From the NCBI GenBank assembly GCA_050949565.1, contig JBMNFY010000017.1:160001-224000 (forward strand): a stretch of 64,000 bases of DNA, read 5' to 3'. Positions 20,716 to 30,168 of the stretch are shown in pieces; within the stretch, counting starts at the first letter, position 1, and the number at the start of each line of letters is the position of its first letter. Source of the DNA: Kiritimatiellia bacterium. GTDB taxonomy: Bacteria > Verrucomicrobiota > Kiritimatiellia > RFP12 > UBA1067. The position numbers were made by a program, and so were the translations under genes. The notes under the pieces were generated by a model. It was not told the origin of the DNA and did not search any database. It saw nothing but the letters and a program-made list of their open reading frames with translations.

Positions 20716-22446
20716 TCAGATCTCACCCGCACGCATTTTTTTGATCATGTTGCTGTAATCGTCCCATTCGCGGTACGTGCTGCAACGGTATTTCTTGCCA
20801 AGCTCTTCTAAGCGGTCGATGAGTGCGACACGTTCGGGGATCTGCCGTTTTTCCGCTTGGGCATGCGCCAGCAGATCCTTGTAGCGGTAAACCATCGCGC
20901 AGAGCATCGCGGCGGAAAGCTTCTCCACCTGCGCGTGAGTGCGCACATCCCTGATCGTCGCCGCGATCGCGCGATTCTGCAAGTCGTAACATTCGAGCAT
21001 CGCCTCAGGCGTGAGCCATTTGGCGGTGTCACAGCCGTAAGGCCCGATCCCTTTGCGTATTTTCAGCAACTTGTCCCAATAGGCCTTCATCAACGGCGCG
21101 CCCGCGCCGCAGGCACCGGCGATCCATTCATCAATCAACTGCTCCGAATCCAAATCGGGGTTCCAGGCGGTCCGTCCCCACAGCCAGCAACGCAGATCCA
21201 CCCAGTCGGCAAGAGTGCCCCACGGCAACTGAGCAACCAATCCTGCAACGCCGTGGTCGCGATACACCCGCATATTCGGGCCGATCGTATCCGCCGCAGG
21301 CGCAGGTAAAATGAAGTTGGAAAATCGCGCGTTGTAGTCCCAAATATACAGTGGATTATGCGCGAGCTTTTTCCATCCAAGCAGAGCATTCATGTAAGGC
21401 TCGTTCTGCGCGATGGGTGTCGTGAAGTCCCGCAATTTCGCGAAACACACGGTTACGTTCGGCTCAAGCGTCATCGTTTTTGGCGGTCTTTCGGTCGTCC
21501 AATAAGCCAGCATCACAATACGCACATCGGGATACTCTTCCGCCACCAATCTGGCGACACGGTTCACGGCGATCATCAGTAGCGCACTGTCTGACTGCTC
21601 CGTGGCGCGCACCTTTTTGCAGGCCTCGCACTGGCAATACCGATCAGAATCATTGCCGGAGATCGAGAGCGTTTTCGTATCGGGATGTGACTTCAAAAAC
21701 GTCAACACCTCCTTCTCAAGCTGTGCCAGCATTTCTGGATTGGAGGTGCAGAGTTGCTCCGGGACCCGCTTGGCCTCTTTGTCCCGCCACGCATACCATT
21801 CAGGGTGATCCTTGAAAAAAACACTCGCCTTGACCCACCGCCGCGTCAGCGTTTCCCCGACATCCACCTCAACTTTGCCGCCCCAGTTGTCGGGCATTTT
21901 AGGCTGGCCCCAGTAGGTCCCGTTCAGCCGGTTTTTGACGGCCCAACGGTAATCCGCGCAACTGCTCTCGCCGTATGCCTGACGCCAGGCGAACGGCGGC
22001 GCGTAGACCTTAGCGAAACTCCGATCCACCGCGAGCGTCTTGAGTTGCGGCACGGTTTCATTCGCCGGTGCCCAGGAGCGGCAACCGAACCGTTCCAGAA
22101 GCTCGTAAACCGCATACAACGTTCCGCGCGGCTGGTCGCCGGTCAGTTCAAGCGTCGTGTCGTCCCGGAAACGGATGCACACTTCATCGGTCTTAACCGC
22201 CTTGTAGTCAGTGCCGAGCATCACGACATGCAACCCCGGTACCGGAGTTGCGGAAACCTGCATTTTCACGCCGGTCATTTGATAAACGTAGTTGGTGAGT
22301 TCATTCGCGGCGGTGAGCGTGGTCGGGGCGGGATGCTCACCCACCACCGCCACCGCCTGCGCCTGGCTATTTCTGACGAGATCAAACGCCCCTACTGAAA
22401 ACACCGCGCAGATCATCGGCACCGACACATACACACGTCTGCTCAT
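20716..22446 (-). CDS. DUF4838 domain secreted protein (glycosidase-like)
   Basis: Signal peptide, AANEL, RGTLYAVYELLE, HPEWYA...QLCTSNPE, CQCEAC, LYIWDY, WNP. Confidence 0.8.
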   Translation of the reverse strand: MSRRVYVSVPMICAVFSVGAFDLVRNSQAQAVAVVGEHPAPTTLTAANELTNYVYQMTGVKMQVSATPVPGLHVVMLGTDYKAVKTDEVCIRFRDDTTLELTGDQPRGTLYAVYELLERFGCRSWAPANETVPQLKTLAVDRSFAKVYAPPFAWRQAYGESSCADYRWAVKNRLNGTYWGQPKMPDNWGGKVEVDVGETLTRRWVKASVFFKDHPEWYAWRDKEAKRVPEQLCTSNPEMLAQLEKEVLTFLKSHPDTKTLSISGNDSDRYCQCEACKKVRATEQSDSALLMIAVNRVARLVAEEYPDVRIVMLAYWTTERPPKTMTLEPNVTVCFAKLRDFTTPIAQNEPYMNALLGWKKLAHNPLYIWDYNARFSNFILPAPAADTIGPNMRVYRDHGVAGLVAQLPWGTLADWVDLRCWLWGRTAWNPDLDSEQLIDEWIAGACGAGAPLMKAYWDKLLKIRKGIGPYGCDTAKWLTPEAMLECYDLQNRAIAATIRDVRTHAQVEKLSAAMLCAMVYRYKDLLAHAQAEKRQIPERVALIDRLEELGKKYRCSTYREWDDYSNMIKKMRAGEI

Positions 22447-22515
22447 GTTCTTCTTATCCTCTTCCTTCTGATACCTCCCCACATGGCGATATCTCAACTC
22501 TATGAACACGCCGGT

Positions 22516-22544
22516 ACTCTACCACGCGACACACCGTCCCGCAA
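22516..22544 (-). promoter_or_regulatory. Putative sigma70 promoter of the DUF4838 gene
   Basis: TTGCGG-17 nt-TAGAGT with extended TG, about 70 nt upstream of the ATG. A tandem ATGCGGGAGYGTGAC x2 (22544-22573) abuts the -35 and may be an operator. Confidence 0.55.
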
Positions 22545-22749
22545 TGCGGGAGTGTGACATGCGGGAGCGTGACCCTGTTTTTTCTTTTTTTCCGTGTTCC
22601 CGGTAGACAAAACGGCGGCCTACCGATACAATGCGGGTGTGAAAGCGAAACCACGCCTTGTGCGGGTTTTATCACGGCTGTCGGCATTAGCGGTCGGCAG
22701 CGTTGATTGAAAACAGATCTTTACAACTAAAGGAAAGGAGCGTTCGGCT

Positions 22750-24012
22750 ATGAAAGACCATGATCAACCGGGCAAAGTGGCGCTGGATACTCATGTCACG
22801 GATCTCTCCATCACGCCGACAGAACGGGATGTGCTGCGGCGTTTGGGCGAGCGTGTCATGGAGTTATCCACGCGCCAAATCGAGGCGGAGAAAAAGGTGC
22901 TGTGGACGCGCACCAACATGCTGCAACCCGCGCGTCCGTTGATTTTGTGTGACCCGGAGTTCAGTTGGCGTGAAATCATTCCGGACTCCTCGCTGGAGTG
23001 CACGCACAGCTTGGCGCGGCATTGGGAACGCCGGCTACGCAAAGAGATTTTCTGGGGTGAGAAAATGGGGGACGACCGGGTGGTCGAAAGCCGTTTCAAG
23101 GTAGGGTGGATCTATAAGCGGACGTATTGGGGGCCGGATACGTCGTCGATCACACCACAGCCGATGCTGACCGACTTGAATGATTTGAGCGGACTTCAGT
23201 TTCAGACGATCACAGTGGATCGTGAGGCGACAACCGAGGTCGTGCATCTGGCGCGCGAGATTTTCGACAGGGTGCTGCCGGTCAAGTTGCGCGAACAGTG
23301 GTATTGGTCGTTAGGCCTGACGCGCGAGTTGATCAAACTGCGCGGTTTTGACCGGTATATGCGGGACATCAAAGAGAACCCCCAAGGCGTACACAACCTG
23401 ATGGCGTTTCTGCGGGACGGCACGCTGGACCTGATTACCTTTTTGGAAAATGCGGGGCTTTACAGCTTGAACAACGAGGGCGACTACATCGGCTCCGGCG
23501 GATTTGGCTGGACCACGCAGTTGCCGGCTAAAGACTATCAGGGCACGGCACGCGCCAAAGACCTGTGGGCGTTGTTTGAGAGTCAAGACACCAAGGAATT
23601 GGCGCCTGAGTTGTTCGACGAGTTTGTGCTGCAATATCAGAAGCCGGTGATGGAGCGTTTCGGGCTGGTGTGCTACGGTTGCTGCGAACCGATCAGCGAG
23701 CGCTGGCATCTGCTCAAAGACATCCCGAACATCCGCCGCGTCAGCGTGTCACCGACATGCGACCGTGCCAAAATGGTGGATGCGCTGCAAGACAAGTATG
23801 TTTACTCCTGCCGCCCGAACCCCGAGATCCTCACGGCCAGCACCTTTGACGAGGATGCCGCCCGCAAGGATATCCGGGACATCCTCGAGAAAGCACGAGG
23901 GTGCTGTCTCGAGATCATCATGAAGGATCACGACACGATCCACAATGATCCGTCGCGTGCGGTAGCATGGTGCAAGATCGCCAAAGAGGAGATTGGACGC
24001 TATTACAAATAA
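22750..24012 (+). CDS. Uroporphyrinogen-decarboxylase/MtaA-like TIM-barrel protein of unknown function
   Basis: KLRGFDRYM...NPQGVH, FDEFVLQYQKP, YGCCEP, RRVSVSP, EIIMKD; AAGGAG RBS. Confidence 0.6.
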   Translation: MKDHDQPGKVALDTHVTDLSITPTERDVLRRLGERVMELSTRQIEAEKKVLWTRTNMLQPARPLILCDPEFSWREIIPDSSLECTHSLARHWERRLRKEIFWGEKMGDDRVVESRFKVGWIYKRTYWGPDTSSITPQPMLTDLNDLSGLQFQTITVDREATTEVVHLAREIFDRVLPVKLREQWYWSLGLTRELIKLRGFDRYMRDIKENPQGVHNLMAFLRDGTLDLITFLENAGLYSLNNEGDYIGSGGFGWTTQLPAKDYQGTARAKDLWALFESQDTKELAPELFDEFVLQYQKPVMERFGLVCYGCCEPISERWHLLKDIPNIRRVSVSPTCDRAKMVDALQDKYVYSCRPNPEILTASTFDEDAARKDIRDILEKARGCCLEIIMKDHDTIHNDPSRAVAWCKIAKEEIGRYYK

Positions 24013-24018
24013 GGCGTG

Positions 24019-24066
24019 GTTTGTAGGTGTCACGTCGTTGACACCTACAAACAATTCAGTCACAAT
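24019..24066 (+). promoter_or_regulatory. Perfect 14-bp inverted repeat overlapping a putative promoter
   Basis: GTTTGTAGGTGTCA-6 nt-TGACACCTACAAAC (24019-24052); TTGACA (24038)-17 nt-CACAAT (24061). Confidence 0.65.
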
Positions 24067-24146
24067 ACTCTCACAAATTGGGATAATCGCAGGACGGGTG
24101 TTGGCGGGTGCCTTCCCCCGAGTTTCTTGCCGTTTGAAAGGACAGT

Positions 24147-24980
24147 ATGCAAAGCCTAATCAACCATTTGAACCAGCTTCAAGAATTGGTTTTAATACGT
24201 GATGAGCATCGGACCACCGGCGACGGACGGCACATGGAAAGCCTAAACACCTCGATCGACCAATTGACCGACAAGCTGCCGCCGGAAATCAAGTCGCTCT
24301 ATCAGCGCCTCTACAAAAAAGACCACATCGTGATGGCACCGATGTATAACGGGTGCTGCGCGATTTGCGGCATGCGCATGCCGATCAGTCAGGTGCAGGC
24401 GGTGCGTCTCTGCAAGCAGATCCAGAACTGCCCGAGCTGCGCGCGCATTCTGTTCGAGGAAAGTGATGCGCCGCGTTGGGTCGGAGAGACGCCCAGCCGC
24501 ACAGCGCCCCGCAAGGTGGGTATCTCGCGTTTTTCGGCCGAATCGCTGATGGCGCCGGATCTCAAAGGAACCGACCGGGCTGAGGTGATCGCTGAATTGG
24601 CGACGCTGATGGAACAAAAAAACTTTGTTTCCGGCGCGGACAAGTTGATCAAGTCGGCCTTGGAGCGTGAGGCGGTGTTGAGCACGGCGATGGAAAACGG
24701 CTTGGCCTTCCCTCACGTACGCGGTGTGGAAGGCGGCGGCCTGACGTTGGCGCTCGGTGTCTCGAAGAAGGGTGTGACGTTCGATGAGACCGGCACGGTC
24801 TGCAACATCATCTTCTTTATCACGATTCCCACAGCGGTCAGTGCGTTTTATCTGCGCCTCATGTCGGGCCTCACCGAGACGTTCTTGAAGGAGCAAAACC
24901 GCGAGGCGATCTTGGCGGCCGAGACACCTGAACAACTCTGGAAAGCGCTGACCAAAGCGACCCGTTACTCGATCAAGTAG
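24147..24980 (+). CDS. PTS EIIA (Fru/Ntr-type) domain protein with N-terminal C4 zinc ribbon
   Basis: CAICGM...CPSCARIL zinc ribbon; EREAVLSTAMENGLAFPHVR with phospho-His. Confidence 0.85.
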   Translation: MQSLINHLNQLQELVLIRDEHRTTGDGRHMESLNTSIDQLTDKLPPEIKSLYQRLYKKDHIVMAPMYNGCCAICGMRMPISQVQAVRLCKQIQNCPSCARILFEESDAPRWVGETPSRTAPRKVGISRFSAESLMAPDLKGTDRAEVIAELATLMEQKNFVSGADKLIKSALEREAVLSTAMENGLAFPHVRGVEGGGLTLALGVSKKGVTFDETGTVCNIIFFITIPTAVSAFYLRLMSGLTETFLKEQNREAILAAETPEQLWKALTKATRYSIK

Positions 24981-25019
24981 CGGAGCGGTCCGCCGCGTAC
25001 GCGGCGAGAGAGAAGGTGT

Positions 25020-26360
25020 ATGCGAGAAATCCGGATCATGGCGAGGGGGGTGTTGTGCGCCGTGCTCGTCGGCGCGGCGTACGCACAACAGGGACCGCGC
25101 GAAGGTCGGCGTAGCGGTGCGCGCGCGCCGCGTGAAATGGCTGCGGACAAACGGATGTCCGTAGCCCCGATCGGGGACGTGCCTGCTGGAGAGCGCACGG
25201 ATGACACGCCTGTATCGCCCGCCGCCGAACGTTCCGCCGCCGAGACCACCGACTATACGCGACTGCTCGAACAGTTCTTGCGGCGCGATGATGAGCAATT
25301 GGAGGTGGTCTTCTATCGCTGCAAATATGTCAGCGCTGAGACCATGCGGCGGCTGCTGGAGAACTTCCTTACACCAGCCGGCACGGTGGGACGCAGCGAC
25401 GAAGATGATGTCGTGGTCGTTTCCGACGTGCCATCACGTCTGCCCCAACTCAAGCAGATTCTGGAACAGACCGACCACCCGGTGGGCCAAGTACTGGTCG
25501 AGGCGCGCATCGTCGAGCTGGAGATCAGCGACGATCTGGTGCGTGACATCCACATGGGCATCGCGAAGATGGGCGAATCGGATTCGGTCCGCAAAATCTT
25601 TCAGGAGCTACTGATCCCCAACTCCGCCGGTGCGGGCGTTGAGGATCTTAAGCACTCGTTCTCCGCAGGCAAAGGCTCGGACGGACGGCTCTGGTCATTC
25701 GTCGGTTTTGATCAGGTCAAGATCTGGGCGATGATCAATTTTCTGGAGGAGCGGGGACGCGCGCGTATTCTCTCATCGCCGAATCTCGTGATCCGGCGCG
25801 GCGCTGACGGCAACATCATGACCGGTGAGAAGGTGCCGGTGTTGTCGCGTACGATCACCGGTAGTAGCGAGAGCATTTCGACGCGCTTTGAGAACGTCGG
25901 CGTCAAACTGATCGTGCGGCCATTGATGATCTCTGGCAACCGTATCCACGTGAAGGTCAATCCTGAAGTATCGAGTTCGTCGCGTACTGTCGATACTGGC
26001 GGCTTCGAAACCCCAGTCATCGTGGTGCGCAGTGCCAGCACAGAACTGGAGGCGAATGACGGCGAACTGATCACCATCGGTGGTCTGATGCGCCAAGAGC
26101 AGCGCGAAACCGAAAAGCGCATCCCCTATTTGGCGGACATCCCTTACTTGGGTTGGCTGTTTCAGTACAAGAAGACCAAGGCGTTCACGTCACAGATCGT
26201 GATCTTCATGACGATGCGCCTGGTCGAGCCGGGCGCATTTGATCAGGTGAGCGGTACGCAGACGACCGGCATGAATGAGGAACTCCGCGCACGTGTCCAG
26301 ACGATCGAAGATGAGGTCACCCGCGAGAATCAGGCGATCTGGGATAGTATGAAGAAGTGA
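25020..26360 (+). CDS. Minimal secretin (GspD/PilQ-like; one N domain plus secretin domain)
   Basis: QVLVEARIVE, ARILSSPNL, GEKVP, GVKLIVRP, IGGL, IPYLADIPYLGWLF. Confidence 0.88.
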   Translation: MREIRIMARGVLCAVLVGAAYAQQGPREGRRSGARAPREMAADKRMSVAPIGDVPAGERTDDTPVSPAAERSAAETTDYTRLLEQFLRRDDEQLEVVFYRCKYVSAETMRRLLENFLTPAGTVGRSDEDDVVVVSDVPSRLPQLKQILEQTDHPVGQVLVEARIVELEISDDLVRDIHMGIAKMGESDSVRKIFQELLIPNSAGAGVEDLKHSFSAGKGSDGRLWSFVGFDQVKIWAMINFLEERGRARILSSPNLVIRRGADGNIMTGEKVPVLSRTITGSSESISTRFENVGVKLIVRPLMISGNRIHVKVNPEVSSSSRTVDTGGFETPVIVVRSASTELEANDGELITIGGLMRQEQRETEKRIPYLADIPYLGWLFQYKKTKAFTSQIVIFMTMRLVEPGAFDQVSGTQTTGMNEELRARVQTIEDEVTRENQAIWDSMKK

Positions 26361-26411
26361 GCGCCGCAAAGGCGCACCGCATGTGCGGCAGATGAAAGGT
26401 AGAAGCGATCC

Positions 26412-27881
26412 GTGTTCTATCGTATTCAAGTGTATGTGATGCTAGCGGCGTTGGTGCTGTTGTCCGGGTGTGCGGAGCGTGCGAAAAAGCCGTCGGGCGA
26501 AAGCATGGACCGTTTCTACACGGTGCGGCGCGGAAGTTTCAACGTCGCGTTCCGGCTTGAGGGCCAGCTTGACGCCATCAGTAGCCAGCAACTGCGGTTT
26601 GACGGCAAGCGCGGTCACGGGCAACTCAAGCTGGTGGAGTTGGTGCCGGACCGTACGATGGTCGCTTCGAATGATGTGATCTTCAAGCTGTCGGACGAAT
26701 GGTTTGTCGAACAGGAGAAGGATCTCACCCGCAAACTACAACTGGCGGAAGAGGATTACAAACTGGCACTGCAAGATCTGGAGATGATCCGGGCGGACAA
26801 TCTGACCGAGTTGAAATCGACGGTAGATGCGCTTCGCGACGCCCAGGAACAATATGAAAAATATAAGGACGAGGATGCGCCGCGCAAGAAGAAGGATCTG
26901 GTACAGGCCACGCAGGACGCCTCGACCGTATACGATAGCGCCAAACTAGCGCTGGACGATGCCAAAAAAACGCTGACGGATGCAATTTCTCAGGAGCCCG
27001 AGGCAGTCGCGGCCGCTGAGAAAAAAGTAGCCGACGCTGAAAAAGCTCTGTCCACGGCGGAGCAGGCGATGGACAAAGCCTTTTATACACTGCGCATCTT
27101 CAAACGTTACGAATATCCGCAACAGATCTCGAAGTTGGAAGAGACGGTGACAAAGAGCCAACTGGCCGTGCAGCGCATGATCGTGAACAACAATGCCAAA
27201 GTCAGCAAGAAGCGCATCGAAATCGCTAACCGAGAAACGTTGATTAACGATTACCGCAGTGAATTGCGGGATGTGCGGGAAGATATGGAAAAACTGGTGA
27301 TCCGTGCGCAGGCCGATGGCATGTTGATCCACGGCGAAAATCGGCGCAACCGTTGGGACACACCGAAGGAGATCAAGGTCGGCACAGATGTGAGCATCGG
27401 CGAAGCGATCGGCCTCATTCCGGATGTCAGTAAGTTCAAGGTTCAGGTCAATATCCCCGAGGAGTACCGCTCGCATGTCAAGATCGGCCTACCGGTGATG
27501 ATCCGCGCCAAGGCTGTACCGGACTTGACGTTGACCGGCGAGATCGTACGCATCTCGGGTGCCTCGACGCCGATTATTCCGTGGGATCAAAGCAGCCCCA
27601 AAGTCTATGCATCGGACATCTCCACGAACGAGGCAGATGAACGGCTCACGCCGGGCATGACGGTACAGGTCGAGATCGTTGTCGAGAAGGTTGAGAACGT
27701 GCTCTATGTGCCGGTCGAAGGCATCTACAACCGCGACGGCAAGAGCTTCTGCAAGGTGCTGGCGGGCGACGTGCAGGTCGAGCGGGAGGTCAAAACCGGG
27801 CGCTTTTCAACGGATTACGTCGAGGTGACAGGCGGCGTCGAAGAGAACGATCAAGTGCTGCTCGATCGGCCTGCGGCGTAA
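26412..27881 (+). CDS. HlyD/MacA-like periplasmic adaptor lipoprotein
   Basis: Lipobox LLSGC, long coiled coil, IRAQADG, LTPGMTVQVEI, VLYVPVEGI, YVEVTGG. Confidence 0.85.
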   Translation: MFYRIQVYVMLAALVLLSGCAERAKKPSGESMDRFYTVRRGSFNVAFRLEGQLDAISSQQLRFDGKRGHGQLKLVELVPDRTMVASNDVIFKLSDEWFVEQEKDLTRKLQLAEEDYKLALQDLEMIRADNLTELKSTVDALRDAQEQYEKYKDEDAPRKKKDLVQATQDASTVYDSAKLALDDAKKTLTDAISQEPEAVAAAEKKVADAEKALSTAEQAMDKAFYTLRIFKRYEYPQQISKLEETVTKSQLAVQRMIVNNNAKVSKKRIEIANRETLINDYRSELRDVREDMEKLVIRAQADGMLIHGENRRNRWDTPKEIKVGTDVSIGEAIGLIPDVSKFKVQVNIPEEYRSHVKIGLPVMIRAKAVPDLTLTGEIVRISGASTPIIPWDQSSPKVYASDISTNEADERLTPGMTVQVEIVVEKVENVLYVPVEGIYNRDGKSFCKVLAGDVQVEREVKTGRFSTDYVEVTGGVEENDQVLLDRPAA

Positions 27882-28610
27882 TCAAACAATGAGCCCGCGC
27901 TGGCGGAAAATCGTGCGGGCTGCGTCCATCTGTTCGTCGGTCGGCGGTTGGACATCAGTCAAGACATAGGGACAGCCGAGCGCCTTCCACTTGTACTCGC
28001 CCATCTTGTGAAACGGCAGCAGTTCGATCTTGCAGATGCAACTGAAGCGTAGCAGATAGTCGGCGAGCCGTTCCAACCGCGCGCTGTCCAATGTGTATCC
28101 GGGCACCAGCACATGCCGGATCCAGACCGCCTTGTGCGTGGTCTCACAATACTCCAGCGTCGCCAGCGTATTGGCGGAACTGCGGCCGGTCAGCGGCTCA
28201 CAGAGGTCATCCTCAAGTGCCTTGATATCCAGCAACACCAGATCCGCACGATCAATCGCCGGGGCGGCGCGCACCAGCGGCACAGCACCGGAGGTGTCCA
28301 ACGCGCTGTGCAGCAGATGCTCGCGACAGCCGTCGAGCACCTCGCAGGCGAACGCGGGCTGCAACAACGGTTCGCCGCCGGAGAGCGTGACACCGCCACG
28401 CGCGATAAAGGCGCGATAAGTAAGGATGTCGTCCATCACCTCGCCAGCACTCATGATGGTGCCGCCCGATTCGCTGCGTGCATCGGGATTATGGCAATAG
28501 AGACAACGCAGCGGGCAGCCCTGCAAGAAAAGCACATACCGGATGCCGGGGCCATCCAAGGTCCCGAACGATTCAATCGAATGGATACGGCCAGTGACAG
28601 AGGGATTCAT
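27882..28610 (-). CDS. pflA: Pyruvate formate-lyase activating enzyme (radical SAM)
   Basis: IHSIESFGTLDGPGIR, GCPLRCLYCHNPD, SGGEPLLQ, ELLPFHKMGEYKW. Confidence 0.92.
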   Translation of the reverse strand: MNPSVTGRIHSIESFGTLDGPGIRYVLFLQGCPLRCLYCHNPDARSESGGTIMSAGEVMDDILTYRAFIARGGVTLSGGEPLLQPAFACEVLDGCREHLLHSALDTSGAVPLVRAAPAIDRADLVLLDIKALEDDLCEPLTGRSSANTLATLEYCETTHKAVWIRHVLVPGYTLDSARLERLADYLLRFSCICKIELLPFHKMGEYKWKALGCPYVLTDVQPPTDEQMDAARTIFRQRGLIV

Positions 28611-28630
28611 GAGAAGTCGTCGGCGGTCGG

Positions 28631-29473
28631 TCAGCGTTGTTTCGGTGCGCAGCAACGCCGGATAAAATTCCGGAGCGGGATCAAGCCACCCTCGCCGACC
28701 GTGCCGTGATCAAGGCCACCCATTTCGTAAAATTCGACATGGGGATGACCAAGGTTTTTGAGACTGACAGCCAGCAAGGCGTTTTCCTCCACGCGGTTTT
28801 TGTACTCCAGCGCACGGTCACCGAGAATCAGGCAGATCGGCGGCAGATTGCCAGCACTGTGGTAGAGCGGGGCGAATTCATCAATCAGTGGACGCAACTC
28901 AGGACCGCTGTCGCCCAGCAGTTTTTTGACATGGAAGTGTGTAGTGACCTGACCGCTGATCGGGGCGATACCGGCGAGTTGCAGGTTTGAAAAACCGTGC
29001 GGCCTGAGCCAACGCGCATCCATGCCGATCATCGCCGAGAGGTAGCCGCCGGCCGAATGGCCTGAGACAAAAACTTTGTTGCTGTCGCCGCCATACTGCG
29101 CGATGTTGGACAAAACCCAAGCGGTAGCTGCGGCCGCGTCCTCCAGATAACCGGGATGCTTAACCTTGGGCGAAAGACGGTAACCCACGGCTGCAACCGC
29201 AATCGAGGGATCTTTCAGTTCGATGAAATGGCGGCGTCCGTGCTGCAAGCCGCCGCCGTGGAACCACACCACCGTGGCGAATCCTTTGCGATCAACGGGA
29301 TAGCGCAGATCAAGCCGGCATTGTGCGCGGCAATAATCGTCAGCTTTAGCCAGCATTTGCTCACTGTAATAGGCGATATTCGTAAGCGTGACCCTCTGGG
29401 GTGACGATTGCGCGACAGCAATAGAGAACGGCAAAACGAGTAGCCAGCAGAACAGCGTGATTAGGTTTCTCAT
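28631..29473 (-). CDS. Secreted alpha/beta hydrolase (esterase/lipase, HSL-like)
   Basis: WFHGGG oxyanion motif, GHSAG nucleophile, C-terminal DH; signal peptide. Confidence 0.9.
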   Translation of the reverse strand: MRNLITLFCWLLVLPFSIAVAQSSPQRVTLTNIAYYSEQMLAKADDYCRAQCRLDLRYPVDRKGFATVVWFHGGGLQHGRRHFIELKDPSIAVAAVGYRLSPKVKHPGYLEDAAAATAWVLSNIAQYGGDSNKVFVSGHSAGGYLSAMIGMDARWLRPHGFSNLQLAGIAPISGQVTTHFHVKKLLGDSGPELRPLIDEFAPLYHSAGNLPPICLILGDRALEYKNRVEENALLAVSLKNLGHPHVEFYEMGGLDHGTVGEGGLIPLRNFIRRCCAPKQR

Positions 29474-29499
29474 GGTGGTGCTACAATAACATGCTCTCC

Positions 29500-30156
29500 C
29501 TACCGACGTCGAACAAATAGGTTATCGTCGACAACTACCTGATGAACACAAATTGTCATACACAAGAGCCCTAGTATGTCATGATCTTGATACTTTTCCG
29601 CCATGGACAAATAACCTGGAAGAAAACGACCGATGAAGTTCCTGCCAAACCCGAACTTCGACTGAAGTATCTCACTTAACTCCGCGCTCTTATACCGCCA
29701 ATCAACCAATTCAACCAGCTTTACTCCGTCATTGCGGACACAATCCGCGAGATAAACATAGCGGGTTTGCGACTCCCAACGAACAATCATCCTGTATCGA
29801 GGAGTCGTACACACGACCTTTGAATCGTCTGAATTCCGATGACATTCAATCGAAATGTTTTCGGGACCGAGCACCGTCTGGCCAGCGAAATCCGCCGCCT
29901 GAAAAACTTGATTGTCTTGGACCGGATTTATGAAGAACCTGATATCGGTTCCAGCAGAAGACACTTGGAAGTCATACACTTCTCGCTTCATCAGCGCGCA
30001 CTGTGAAAGGCATACCAAGGGTGCATCACGTCGTTCCGAGCCGACGAACAAGGCGATTTTTACGATCATATTCCCTTGTTTGAGAGCCCATCTGGTCTTC
30101 TGAAAAAGGGGCGTATTGCTCTCAATGTTAACGCGTGCTTCGATTTTGAGAGCCAT
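29500..30156 (-). CDS. Hypothetical protein (AT-richer than neighbours)
   Basis: 218-aa ORF filling the gap, GGAG RBS at the end of the upstream gene; no motif recognised. Confidence 0.55.
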   Translation of the reverse strand: MALKIEARVNIESNTPLFQKTRWALKQGNMIVKIALFVGSERRDAPLVCLSQCALMKREVYDFQVSSAGTDIRFFINPVQDNQVFQAADFAGQTVLGPENISIECHRNSDDSKVVCTTPRYRMIVRWESQTRYVYLADCVRNDGVKLVELVDWRYKSAELSEILQSKFGFGRNFIGRFLPGYLSMAEKYQDHDILGLLCMTICVHQVVVDDNLFVRRR

Positions 30157-30168
30157 AAGAACGGTCTC

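Noticed and set aside
20418-20732. 104-aa minus-strand ORF
   Set aside because: It spans the duplicated promoter and repeat-like DNA, with no motif or RBS.
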